Assembly: GCA_002269645.1 (NCBI GenBank)
Contig: NIVC01001629.1
Span: 190,429-254,428, forward strand
Source: Macrostomum lignano
Taxonomy: Eukaryota
DNA: 64,000 nucleotides
Direction: 5' to 3'
Below, piece after piece: positions 1 to 11,889 of the stretch. The notes beneath the pieces are model-generated. The model did not search any database, was not told the origin of the DNA, and worked only from the letters and a program-made list of their open reading frames with translations. The number at the start of each line of letters is the position of its first letter. Positions within the stretch are counted from its first letter, which is position 1. A program made the position numbers and the translations under genes.

Positions 1-291
1 ATTAAATAATACCCAAACCCTGGGGCCAATGGCCCCACCGGCTAAGCTCACCAAAACAAACCACGCCGGCCCAGCCAATCAAAACCCCGCCTAAGGGGGG
101 AGGGGCTGCACCCGCGCCAAAGCTGGCCCGGCCGCAGCCAACCAGCCCTGAGCACGGGGCAGGGGCATGGCTGGGGAGGGGCACGCGCAAAGCCCGGCCG
201 GCGGCCAAACCCTGCCACGCCCGCCAACCCCCCCCCAACCAGCCCCAAAGTGCAACGCGCCCTGCCAACTGACAAGGGCGCATGCACTACA

Positions 292-1280
292 CAAGATAAC
301 AGAGAATTATCTGGTGGCGAATCTTGTACTGTTATCTGTCTTTCAAACAAGATTCGCACCATGTTATCCTGTGAAATTCCGATTCAAACAAGATTCGATC
401 AACCAAGATAACAGAGAATTATCTGGTGGCGAATCTTGTACTGTTATCTGTCTTTCAAACAAGATTCGCACCATGTTATCCTGTGAAATTCCGATTCAAA
501 CAAGATTCAATCAACCAAGAAAACAAAAAATTACCTGGTGGCGAATCTTGTACTGTTATCTGTCTTTCAAACAAGATTCGCACCATATTATCCTGTGAAA
601 TTCTGATTCAATCAAACAAGAAAACAAAAAATTACCTGGTGGCGAATCTTGTACTGTTATCTGATTTTCAAACAAGATTCGCACCATATTATCCTGTGAA
701 ATTCTGATTCAAACAAGATTTAATCAAACAAGAAAACAAAAAATTACCTGGTGGTGAATCTTGTACTGTTATCTGATTTTCAAACAAGATTCGCACCATA
801 TTATCCTGTGAAATTCTGATTCAAACAAGATTCAATCAAACAAGAAAACAAAAAATTACCTGGTGGCGAATCTTGTACTGTTATCTGATTTTCAAACAAG
901 ATTCGCACCATGTTATCCTGTGAAATTCTGATTCAAACAAGATTCAATCAAACAAGAAAACAAAAAATTACCTGGTGGCGAATCTTGTACTGTTATCTGA
1001 TTTTCAAACAAGATTCGCACCATATTATCCTGTGAAATTCCGATTCAAACAAGATTCAATCAAACAAGAAAACAAAAAATTATCTGGTGGCAAATCTTGT
1101 CATGTAATCTGATTTCTAAGCAAGATTCGGGCCATGTTATCTGGTGAAATTCAGATAACTCACCAGATAACAGTCAAACAAGAAAACAAAAAATTACCTG
1201 GTGACGAATCTGGTGGTTTCACCAGTTTCGCACCTCAAACAAGGAAATCGGTAGTGAATCTGACAAGATTCGCAAATTAT
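292..1280. repeat. ~112-bp satellite, ~9 copies, with internal inverted repeat
   Basis: GGCGAATCTTG recurs at 112-bp spacing (317, 429, 541, 642, 754...). Each unit holds GGTG(G)CGAATCTTG ... CAAGATTCGCACC, which are near-perfect reverse complements. Confidence 0.92.
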
Positions 1281-1317
1281 CTTGTGGTGTTATCTGGTTT
1301 ATTTACCATAGGGCTTC

Positions 1318-1878
1318 GCAGATCCTCAATCGGGATCCCCAGATCCCAGGTCCTCAATTGGGATCTTCAGCTCCCAGATCGTCAATCGTGATCCCCAGAT
1401 CCTCACATCCCGAGATCCTCAATCTGATCCCTACGATCCCAGATTCTCAATCGAGATCCCCAGATCCTCACATTCCAAAATTCTCAATCTGATTTCCAGT
1501 TCCTCAATCGGCATTCCCAGATCCTCAATCGGCATTCCCAGATCCTCAATCGGTATTCCCAGATCCTCAATCGGCATTCCCAGATCCTCAATCGGCATTC
1601 CCAGATCCTCAATCGGTATTCCCAGATCCTCAATCGGCATTCCCAGATCCTCAATCGGTATTCCCAGATCCTCAATTGGTATTCCCAGATCCTCAATCGG
1701 CATTCCCAGATCCTCAATCGGTATTCCCAGATCCTCAATCGGTATTCCCAGATCCTCAATCGGCATTCCCAGATCCTCAATCGGCATTCCCAGATCCTCA
1801 ATCGGCATTCCCAGATCCTCAATCGGCATTCCCAGATCCTCAATCGGCATTCCCAGATCCTCAATCGGTATTCCCAGA
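1318..1878. repeat. 21-bp minisatellite (CCCAGATCCTCAATCGGCATT)n
   Basis: Direct tandem copies, degenerate on the left, ending about 35 bp before the splice acceptor at 1911-1912. Confidence 0.95.
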
Positions 1879-1912
1879 CCTCACACTGTAGGCCTTTCAT
1901 TCGCCCCTGCAG

Positions 1913-2344
1913 ATGGCGGCGCCCAGCAGCAGTCGCTGGGCCAGTTCCCCTGCCGCATCGGGCTGCTGCTGATCGTGCGGCTGGCCTCCACTGCCCAGTG
2001 GCCAGAGGTGCTGGCCTGCCTCCAATGCCTGCACCGGCAGCCCCAGCTGAATGTCCCGGCCGGTCTGGCGGCCACCGGGACCAGGGTGGCCGTGGCCGAC
2101 GCGGCGCTGGAGGCATTTCTGCACTGCGATATGCTGGACCTGGCCAATGCGCTGGTTGCCACCTCGGGCGGCCCCGGCCCGTTCGGCCTGGCCCTGCCCG
2201 ACCCCTGCCCGGAAGGTGCGATGGATCGCGCGGTGCTGCTGCTCAGCCTGTCGCGAACCTGCGCGCGCCGTGGCGGCGACGGCATGGCCGCAAATACTGT
2301 GAATGCGTTCATTGCGGCCGCCCAGCTGGCCGACTTCTGCGACG
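1913..2344 (+). CDS. TOPAZ1: TOPAZ1-like protein, penultimate exon (phase 1/1)
   Basis: Acceptor CCCCTGCAG at 1912 and donor G|GTGAGC at 2345; 432 bp, open. Motifs RIG-x11-QW-x6-L-x2-L, R-x6-A-x-E-x-FL-x4-LD-x-A and PC-x5/6-(D/N)R-x2-LL match the spacing of the human TOPAZ1 C-terminal region as I recall it. No search was run. Confidence 0.65.
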
Positions 2345-2429
2345 GTGAGCGGCCGGGCCGAATTGAGATGTCGAATTGGGTGCTGTCAATCAAATTGGAA
2401 TCAAATTGGAGCTTTCAGTCACCAATCTA

Positions 2430-3180
2430 ACAGCTGTCATTCACCAATTTAACACATGTCATTCACCAATTTAACACATGTCATTCACCAATTTAACACA
2501 TGTCATTCACCAATTTAACACATGTCATTCACCAATTTAACACATGTCATTCACCAATTTAACAGCTGTCATTCACCAATTTAACACATGTCATTCACCA
2601 ATTTAACACATGTCATTCACCAATTTAACACATGTCATTCACCAATTTAACACATGTCATTCACCAATTTAACAGCTGTCATTCACCAATTTAACACATG
2701 TCATTCACCAATTTAACACCTGTCATTCACCAATTTAACAGCTGTCATTCACCAATTTGCTATCTGTCAATCACAAATCGAGTAGCTGTCAATCAAAAAG
2801 TGAGAAGCTGTCAATCACAAATCAAGTAGCTGTAAATCACAAATCAAGTAGCTGTCAATCACAAATCAAGTAGCTGTAAATCACAAAGTGAGTAGCTGTC
2901 AATCACAAATCAAGTAGCTGTAAATCACAAAGTGAGTAGCTGTCAATCACAAATGGAGGAGCTGTCAATCACAAAGTGAGTAGCTGTCAATCACAAATCA
3001 AGTAGCTGTCAATCACAAATCAAGTAGCTGTCAATCACAAATCGAGGAGCTGTCAATCACAAAGTGAGTAGCCGTCAATCACAGAGTGAGTAGCTGTCAA
3101 TCACAAAGTGAGGAGCTGTCAATCACAAAGTGAGTAGCCGTCAATCACAGAGTGAGTAGCTGTCAATCACAAATGGAGGA
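2430..3180. repeat. Two adjacent related 22-bp intronic minisatellites (TGTCATTCACCAATTTAACACA, then GCTGTCAATCACAAATCAAGTA)
   Basis: Tandem copies filling the intron 2345-3267; the unit switches near 2760. Confidence 0.93.
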
Positions 3181-3267
3181 GCAATAAAGCTAAATCATCC
3201 AACCGTAGTGCAATGAGATTGCGTCTAATCAAACACTGGATCAAAGCCGCTCACCCCCGATCTCCAG

Positions 3268-3944
3268 AGGATTTCCGCCGCACCTCGTACGCGGCCGCCT
3301 ATTCCTGCTGTCTCCGCGATCTGGCCACCACCGCCAGGTCCTGCCGGCCAGGCCTCAAGCACGCGTACCGGCTGTTCAACGCCAGCACCTCGTTCCCGAA
3401 TCTGCAGCTGAAGGCCCCGGCCACCGCCCTCCGCCTGATGCTCTGCTCCGCTGTGCGGCTGTCCCTGCCCGACCTGGCGCTCCCCCTGGCGAAGATCGGC
3501 ACCCGGTTCGGCATCTACCGAGCCCTGCAGCCCGACTGCCTCCAGCTCAGCCTGCCGGGCGATCTGGCTGGCGAAGAGTCCGCCGCCCTGCTAGCGCTTG
3601 CCATCCGCTGCCTTCGCGATCGGCGGCGGCGCGGCCACCTGGACGACGCTGTCGGCGGCCGCTGCCTCCGCTTGGTGCCGCTGCCGCCGGACGGCCGCGA
3701 CCCGGAATTTGTCCGGCTGGCCGGCCTGCCGCCCGACGCCGGCGTCCGGACAGTCCACGCCGAGGACGCCACCGACTGCCTGCTGGCGGTGCTGCAGCGG
3801 GCGGCCGACGTCTTCAACTCCACGCTGATGGTCGGCCCCGTCGGCCTGCTGGCCCGCCGGCCGCGCTTCAGCTTGCAACCGGACGGCCCGGCCATCAGCC
3901 TGTCCGGACAGGAGGTTCGCGACCTCATGGACCAGCTCGACTAA
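3268..3944 (+). CDS. TOPAZ1: TOPAZ1-like protein, terminal exon
   Basis: Acceptor TCTCCAG at 3267, phase 1, joining in frame to the previous exon (G|AG = Glu); stop [27 protein letters not shown] resembles the recalled TOPAZ1 LGCYPP...LLLIPSYLSEIE. GC-rich codons. Confidence 0.65.
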
Positions 3945-4002
3945 AGCAGATGGACGGGAACTTTGTTTCTTCCCGGCTGAAGGGCTGAAAAGTTTCCATT
4001 GA

Positions 4003-4043
4003 CAGGCGACAGACAGACAGACAGAGAGGCAGACAGACAGCCT

Positions 4044-4095
<52 letters not shown>

Positions 4096-4108
4096 GGCAT
4101 AGACAGAC

Positions 4109-4170
<62 letters not shown>

Positions 4171-4200
4171 GGACAGACAGACAGACACAGACAGACACAA

Positions 4201-4253
<53 letters not shown>

Positions 4254-4266
4254 CAGACAGACACAA

Positions 4267-4303
<37 letters not shown>

Positions 4304-4342
4304 CAGACAGACACAAAGACAGACAGACAGACAGACAGACAA
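4003..4342. repeat. (GACA)n microsatellite
   Basis: Direct observation; starts about 60 bp after the stop codon. Confidence 0.97.
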
Positions 4343-5165
4343 TTAACTGTTTCCTTTATTCATTTTTGTTCTGAAAATGCCTTTGACTTAGAGGATCTTT
4401 GCAAAAGAACGGAAGCTTCCCGTCTTTTTATTTGTCTTACTCGACTGCGGACCAGTTCGTATCTGGGGAAATTATTGAGTTTTTGAAGGCCAAAGATGGG
4501 GCTGTGGTAACACACTGAATCTGTTCTCACACAATGGCAGTGGCGCAAGATTAAATGCTTGATAAAGAACCGCTAATTCCCAGTCAATAATATTTTTGTT
4601 TTCGCAAATATTTTAGCGGCCTCTCACGGCTTTGCTGCTGTGGAAATTGTTTAAATTAATTTTGCTGTTTTTGAATCAGGTTTTTTCCCTACCTGCTTTT
4701 ACCTGCTTTCTTACAAAAGCAATTCTGCGGGCTGGGTTGAGGGCTCGCTGCAATAACCGGCGTACTGAGTATGCAGGTTCTTATAGGGGAAAATTAAACA
4801 TACTGGAATGTTCGCGCGATGCTACTCATCAGCGTCTTACTGTGCACTGCATATACCACCCTGCACTCAGCATTTATGCGCCATTAATCTCATATAATTA
4901 GGGCCAGCTAAGCTTTGTTATAAGCGGTAGAAAATTCTTTTGCATACGGCAATGATTTGTCATTTACTGCAGTTCACTCTTCTCAGTCAGAGCTTCCCGC
5001 GGTGTCTTAAATGCTAAATAATAAAACAAAACTTATAAAAAAATTGTAAGAACAGTTTTTCCACCTGTGATCAAACCAGTACCGCCTGCTTTGGCTGCGT
5101 ACCTTGGCTTTCAATTATTGCTTTTTGCTGGACCGGAGTACTTGCACAATGCACTCCTAGAGCAT

Positions 5166-6535
5166 TCACACATCACTCTTAGCACTCCCACAACACTCAC
5201 ACATCACTCCCCCAGCACTCACACAGCACTCACACATCACTCCCACGGCACTCACACAGCACTCACAATCACTCACACAACACTCACACATCACTCCCAC
5301 GGCACTCACACAGCACTCACAATCACTCACACAACACTCACACATCACTCCCCCAGCACTCACACATCACTCCCACGGCACTCACACATCACTCCCACAG
5401 CACTCACACATCACTCACACAGCACTCACATCACTCCCACAGCACTCCCACATCACTCACACATCACTCCCACAGGACTCCCACATCACTCACACATCAC
5501 TCCCACAACACTCACACAACACTCACACATCACTCCCACAGCACTCACACAGCACTCACACAACACTCACACATCACTCCCCCAGCACTCCCACATCACT
5601 CCCCCAGCACTCACACATCACTCACACATCACTCCCACGGCACTCACACATCACTCCCACGGCACTCACACATCACTCCCACAGCACTCACACATCACTC
5701 ACACAGCACTCACATCACTCCCACAGCACTCCCACATCACTCACACATCACTCCCACAGGACTCCCACATCACTCACACATCACTCCCACAACACTCACA
5801 CAACACTCACACAGCACTCACACAGCACTCACACAACACTCACACAACACTCACACATCACTTCCCCAGCACTCCCACATCACTCACACATCACTCCCAC
5901 GGCACTCACACATCACTCCCACGGCACTCACACATCACTCACACAGCACTCACATCACTCCCACAGCACTCACACAGCACTCACACAACACTCACACATC
6001 ACTCCCACCGCACTCACACAGCACTCACACAGCACTCACATCATTCCCACAGCACTCCCACAACACTCACACAACACTCACACAGCACTCCCACATCACT
6101 CCCCCAGCACTCACACATCACTCACACAGCACTCCCCCAGCACTTACACATCACTCCCACGGCACTCACACATCACTCACACATCACTCCCACAGCACTC
6201 CCCCAGCACTTACACATCACTCCCACGGCACTCACACATCACTCCCACATCACTCCCCCAGCACTCACACATCACTCCCACGGCACTCCCCCAGCACTCA
6301 CACATCACTCCCACGGCACTCACACATCACTCCCACATCACTCCCACAGCACTCACACAGCACTCACACATCACTCCCCCAGCACTCCCACATCACTCCC
6401 CCAGCACTCACACATCACTCACACATCACTCCCCCAGCACTCACACATCACTCACACATCACTCCCACGGCACTCACACATCACTCCCACTGCACTCCCA
6501 CAACGCACACATCACTCACGCATCACTTCCCACAT
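5166..6535. repeat. Complex CACT/CACATCACTC low-complexity tandem repeat
   Basis: Mosaic of ACTCACACATC and ACTCCCACAGC-like subunits; accounts for ORF 5067..6794. Confidence 0.92.
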
Positions 6536-6871
6536 CACACCTGTCTCTGTTTTCTCCGAGCCTCGTTTCTCCGCTTGTCTTCTTTCCTATCATGCGTCTC
6601 CCTGTCTTCCGGCCCGGTGCACCTTGCGCTCAAAACATTTAATCTGCAAGACAAAGTCAAATTCGACCTTTAAAGCGAAGATTGCAGTCATTAACGAAGC
6701 ACGAAGTGAATTTCTGACTTGGGACCGAAGCTCCGTAAAAACCTTGGCGGCCCCCGCTTTTGCTGCGGCTTTGGAGCCTTCTAAAGTCCTCTGAAGATTT
6801 AAGAGTTCGGACGAAATTATTCACAGCCTTCAGCTCCCAACTCTTTAATTAACTTTGTGACTTGAGTTACC

Positions 6872-7322
6872 ATCAGCACCCCAGCTCACACCCACCCACC
6901 CCAATTCCATCAGCACCCAGCTCACACCCACCCCAATCTCATCAGCACCCCGTCTCGCACCCACCCCAATTCCATCAGCACCCCAGCTCACACCCACCCC
7001 AATCTCATCAGCACCCCGTCTCGCACCCACCCCAATGCCACCAGCACCCCAGCTCACACCCACCCACCCCAATGCCACCAGCACCCCAGCTCACACCCAC
7101 CCACCCAATGCCACCAGCACCCCAGCTCACCCACCCACCCCAATGCCACCAGCACCCCAGCTCACACCCACCCTCCCCAATGCCACCAGCACCCCAGCTC
7201 ACACCCACCCTCCCCAATGCCATCAGCACCCCAGCTCACACCCACCCTCCCAATGCCACCAGCACCCCAGCTCACACCCACCCTCCCCAATGCCACCAGC
7301 ACCCCAGCTCACACCCACCCCA
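6872..7322. repeat. C/A-rich minisatellite (CAGCACCCCAGCTCACACCCACCC...)
   Basis: Tandem ~35-40-bp imperfect units. Confidence 0.9.
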
Positions 7323-8209
7323 ATGCGCGAAAACGAGATTGAATGACAGTGGCGTGGCCCGTGGCAAGACACTCGAGCTCTGGTGTCACAAAGGTCACTC
7401 TGAACTCGGCACGCCACCGCTCTCAAAAGTGTATCCGAGCTACAAGAGCCCCGTGGCGAATGAGCTGCATGCGCTGATCTTCGGCTGAGAGCTGAATCCG
7501 GCTGCCCTTATAGAAACAGCTGCAGATCCCGAGATCCCCAGTGCTCACTCCCGCGGAAGAGGCTGCCTCGCGAAGATCCCGGAGTCCGCATAAATTACAC
7601 AGAATTACCAGCTGGTGCTCTCGCTGGCAGCCTCTCAAATCCACAAGTCATGGGCGGACTTCATTACTGGAGTTGTCAGTTCGCGTCTCGGCCGCCGCCA
7701 TTGATCCGCGCTGACGCATCTGCGCAAGCTGATAATTGCGTTTCAATCGGGCCTTGTGGCTGAGTTTTTTGACTTGTAATTGGATCTTGCTGACGCTGAG
7801 CTGACGTGGTCAGAGTGCAGACTGTGCTTGATGTACGGCTCTCATGCATTGTGTCAACCTGCTTACTAATTGCACTGGTGCGAAGTATGAGACTGCTGTC
7901 TGTGCGCTGTACAGGGCGCTCAAATATAACGCCCCTGACACCGTTTTTGATACATGTACCTCCTGACACCTAGGGTTTGATACCCCCGACACCTTTTGTT
8001 TGATACCCCTGACACCTACACAATGATACCTCTGACACCCTTCTCCCTAGATTTTGGCTCCTAGCGATGCTTGCTACATTATTGTAAGATAATGTAAGTA
8101 ATTTAGGTCGGCATTTTCATAAGTTGTTGGATAAAGAGGTCTACAAGCCAAAATTCGCATGTGTTGGAACACATTGAATAGAGTGCGGTAATGAGCATGC
8201 GTTAGATAA

Positions 8210-8725
8210 GGTGAAACAGTTAGATGCAGGGTTTGCTGAGGCATTAGATAACGAGTCAGATGAGGTGTTAGGTAAGGTGTCAGATAAGCTGTCAGATAAA
8301 CTGTCAGATAAGGTGTCAGATAAGCTGTCAGATAAACTGTCAGATAAGGTGTCAGATAAGCTGTCAGATAAGGTGCCAGATGAGGTGTCAGATAAAGTGT
8401 CAGATGAGGTGTCAGATGAGGTGTTAGGTAAGCTGTCAGATGAGGTGTCAGATGAGGTGTCAGATAAGCTGTCAGATAAGGTGCCAGATGAGGTGTTAGG
8501 TAAGCTGTCAGATGAGGTGTCAGATGAGGTGTTAGGTAAGCTGTCAGATGAGGTGTCAGATGAGGTGTCAGAGGAGGTTTTAGGTAAGCTGTCAGATGAG
8601 GTGTCAGATGAGGTGTCAGATGAGGTGTTAGGTAATGTGTTAGATGAGATGTCAGATAAGGTGTCAGATGAGGTGTCATATGAGGTGTCAGATACTCACA
8701 AGAGGTGTCAGATAAGGTGTTAGAC
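8210..8725. repeat. 12-bp minisatellite (GTCAGATGAGGT / GTCAGATAAGCT)
   Basis: Direct tandem copies. Confidence 0.92.
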
Positions 8726-9198
8726 GAAATGTCAGGGGAGGCTTAAAACGACCTAAATGCCCTGGCTAGATCAGCCTGTTGCTCGCAGCCAGGGTGGCCC
8801 CACTGACCAGTCCAGCTGCAGCAAATGCCAGCCCTTGAGCACAGTGGAACCGGGGAACTGGGGAAACTCTTCCCGCCTCCACGGGCCGCTCCTCCCTCGG
8901 GCCTTGTGGAGTTGGGGAAGAAGGTCGATGCTGAGGAAATTGAATTTGCGAGCAAGCGACCACCCCTCATTTCCTAAGCTGCCTGCGCTGCCGGCCTGAC
9001 AGCTCAGGGAGGCTGGGGATGGAGCTGCTGGAGCTGAGACTCAAGATGCAGCTGTGAGAGAAGAACACCTGCCTGTACAGGAAGGGGTCAGCGGAATGGG
9101 CGGCGACGCCTCCCCGCTGAATCCGAGTGCCCGGAGCCCCCTGCAGCTGAGTCAAAGTACCCGTACGGGCAAATTTTTCGGGTCGCGATCGAGTGGTT

Positions 9199-9688
9199 TG
9201 ATACCCCTGACTCCCACTGTTCGATACCCCTGACTCCCACGGTTCGATACCCCTGACTCCCACTGTTCGATACCCCTGACTCCCACTGTTCGATACCCCT
9301 GACTCCCACTGTTCGATACCCCTGACTCCCACTGTTCGATACCCCTGACTCCCACTGTTCGATACCCCTGACTCCCACTGTTCGATACCCCTGACTCCCA
9401 CGGTTCGATACCCCTGACTCCCACTGTTCGATACCCCTGACTCCCACTGTTCGATACCACTGACTCCCACTGTTCGATACCCCTGACTCCCACTGTTCGA
9501 TACCCCTGACTCCCACTGTTCGATACCCCTGACTCCCACTGTTCGATACCCCTGACTCCCACGGTTCGATACCCCTGACTCCCACTGTTCGATACCCCTG
9601 ACTCCCACGGTTCGATACCCCTGACTCCCACTGTTCGATACCCCTGACTCCCACGGTTCGATACCCCTGACTCCCACGGTTCGATACC
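9199..9688. repeat. 23-bp minisatellite (CTCCCACTGTTCGATACCCCTGA)n
   Basis: About 21 near-identical copies. Confidence 0.96.
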
Positions 9689-9744
9689 CAGATCGGGGGA
9701 GGAGACCTACACTTTGATGCCCTTGAAAAGTAAACATTGATGCT

Positions 9745-9965
9745 TCTGACCCCTACTCTGTGATGCCCCTGACCCCTACACTGTGGTGCCCCTGACCCCT
9801 ACACTGTGGTGCCCTGACCCCTACACTGTGGTGCCCCTGACCCCTACACTGTGGTGCCCCTGACCCCTACACTGTGGTGCCCCTGACCCCTACACTGTGG
9901 TGCCCCTGACCCCTACTCTGTGGTGCCCCTGACCCCTACACTGTGGTGCCCCTGACGCCTATACT
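9745..9965. repeat. 23-bp minisatellite (CCCCTGACCCCTACACTGTGGTG)n
   Basis: About 9 copies; related to the 9.2-kb array. Confidence 0.93.
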
Positions 9966-10979
9966 GTGTCCTGACTCCTATTGCTTCAACAAAACTGAAT
10001 ATTGGTTAACGTCTGGTTCCGTGGATGGAAACTTTAGAATATTGCTGAGAGTGTACTTGATATTGTTGCAACAGCCAACAGACATTTTTTTAAAGACCTC
10101 CAGCAGATCAACGTGAGCAACAGCTCGCATAGAATCCGTCAGTCGCGACAAAACGTGATGTCTCTGTGGAATCTACCGGTGTATTTGCTCAGACAGGTAG
10201 CTCAGTAGAGTGGAGTAATATATCCGCAGGCGCATGGAGGTGTCGGGCGACAGCAGGGCGCGAGTTGGAGTTAATTAAAGCAAGGCTTGACGGTGCAAAC
10301 GTGACAGCCGGCACTGGAGCGAACATGACTGCACGGCTGTCCCAGACTCCCATTGAGGATTTAGAATTAAATTTCTTACTTCTACTCAATTTACAAAATT
10401 TCCTATTCAGTTTTTATCTCAGCTCTCCCAGAATATTACAGGTACAGTAGTGACTGCAGTTGCCGCTCACAGTGCCCGGAGCCTCAGGGTACAATCACAG
10501 AAAATAACATTCATTTTTAGTCGCTGGGACAGAAACAACAGAAAACAGTCGAGCGGCTGAAAGCTGAGAACAGAATAAAAAAATATTCAATGCGTTCAGC
10601 TCTCCTTTCTCAGTCGAGAGGAAAATCTACAGGTTTAGAGTAGCGAAGCCTTGCTGCTTGGCAACGCCAGTTGGCCATCAGCTCTTTTTGATGCCGCCGC
10701 TGCCGCCTTTGAACTCGCTGGCAAACAAAACGCAAACGCATTGGGGACTACGGGAGAAAGTAGCCTCTTTATTTCTTTTGTAGGCCTTCTTATTCTCGCC
10801 TCAAGCTGCGACAGCGAGGGCTGCAGCTGCCGTGGTCTGCCTCATAGGGCCGGCGGATGCGGCGGCAGGGAGGGATCTACTTTGTTCTACTTCACATCAG
10901 ATGTACTCGTAGATGCAGAAAACCAAGGCGGACAGCACGAAAAACTAACACAAGTCTGCATGGCCAATTAGAGAGGACT

Positions 10980-11520
10980 TCAACGTACAGTGTGCAGCCG
11001 GACCGGGGGAAGATGCGATAACCACGGGAACGCAGAATGTACACTGCCAACGTACAGTGTGCAGCCGGACCGGGGGAAGATGCGATAACCACGGGAACGC
11101 AGAATGTACACTGCCAAATTACAGTGTGCAGCCGGACCGGGGGAAGATGCGATAACCACGGGAACGCAGAATGTACACTGCCAACGTACAGTGTGCAGCC
11201 GGACCGGGGGAAGATGCGATAACCACGGGAACGCAGAATGTACACTGCCAACGTACAGTGTGCAGCCGGACCGGGGGAAGGGGCGATAAGCACGGGAACG
11301 CAGAATGTACACTGCCAACGTACAGTGTGCAGCCGGACCGGGGGAAGGGGCGATAACCACGGGAACGCAGAATGTACACTGCCAACGTACAGTGTGCAGC
11401 CGGACCGGGGGAAGGGGCGATAAGCACGGGAACGCAGAATGTACACTGCCAATGTACAGTGTGCAGCCGGACCGGGGAAGGGGCGATAAGCACGGGAACG
11501 CAGAATGTACACTGCCAATG
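10980..11520. repeat. 67-bp minisatellite, 8 copies
   Basis: 67-bp period (ORF starts at 11037, 11104, 11171...). The unit contains TGTACACTG-N8-CAGTGTGCA, an inverted repeat. Confidence 0.96.
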
Positions 11521-11889
11521 TACACACATGGCAGCCTATTTATATAATCATTTAAAAGTACATATTAGTGAATACGAATTCAAGCCAACACAACAAGAGC
11601 TCCCCGTCCGGTCCAGTTCGACAGGTCGGTTGGGGTTCAGTGAGGGCAATTAATGGCTGAAAAAAGAATGGTTTTAATTAGCGAAGGAAAATTTCATCAG
11701 TGGGTCATGCAGAATGATCACCAACAGTGACTTCTTTCGAGGCTGCACTCGGCAAGCTGAGAAAAAAAAGATTAAAATTTCTGATGCTTTGGTCTTATAG
11801 TTATGCACTGCTTCTTACATTCACCAATTCAACACAATCGCCGAGCCAGCAAGCGTCGCTGCCCCCCCCGGCCCCCGCTGACGGCCCCG

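Noticed and set aside
292-1280. CRISPR-like array (palindromic repeats at regular spacing); the same was considered for the 67-, 63- and 40-bp arrays
   Set aside because: The whole unit repeats with no unique spacers, there are no cas genes, and the context is eukaryotic.
5067-6794. 575-aa His/Thr-rich ORF
   Set aside because: Non-ATG start and almost entirely the translation of a stop-poor CACT repeat.
7320-10970. Unique sequence between arrays with short ORFs (7423-7969, 8743-8999, 10166-10450, 10651-10971)
   Set aside because: No recognisable motifs and no consistent exon chain could be built.
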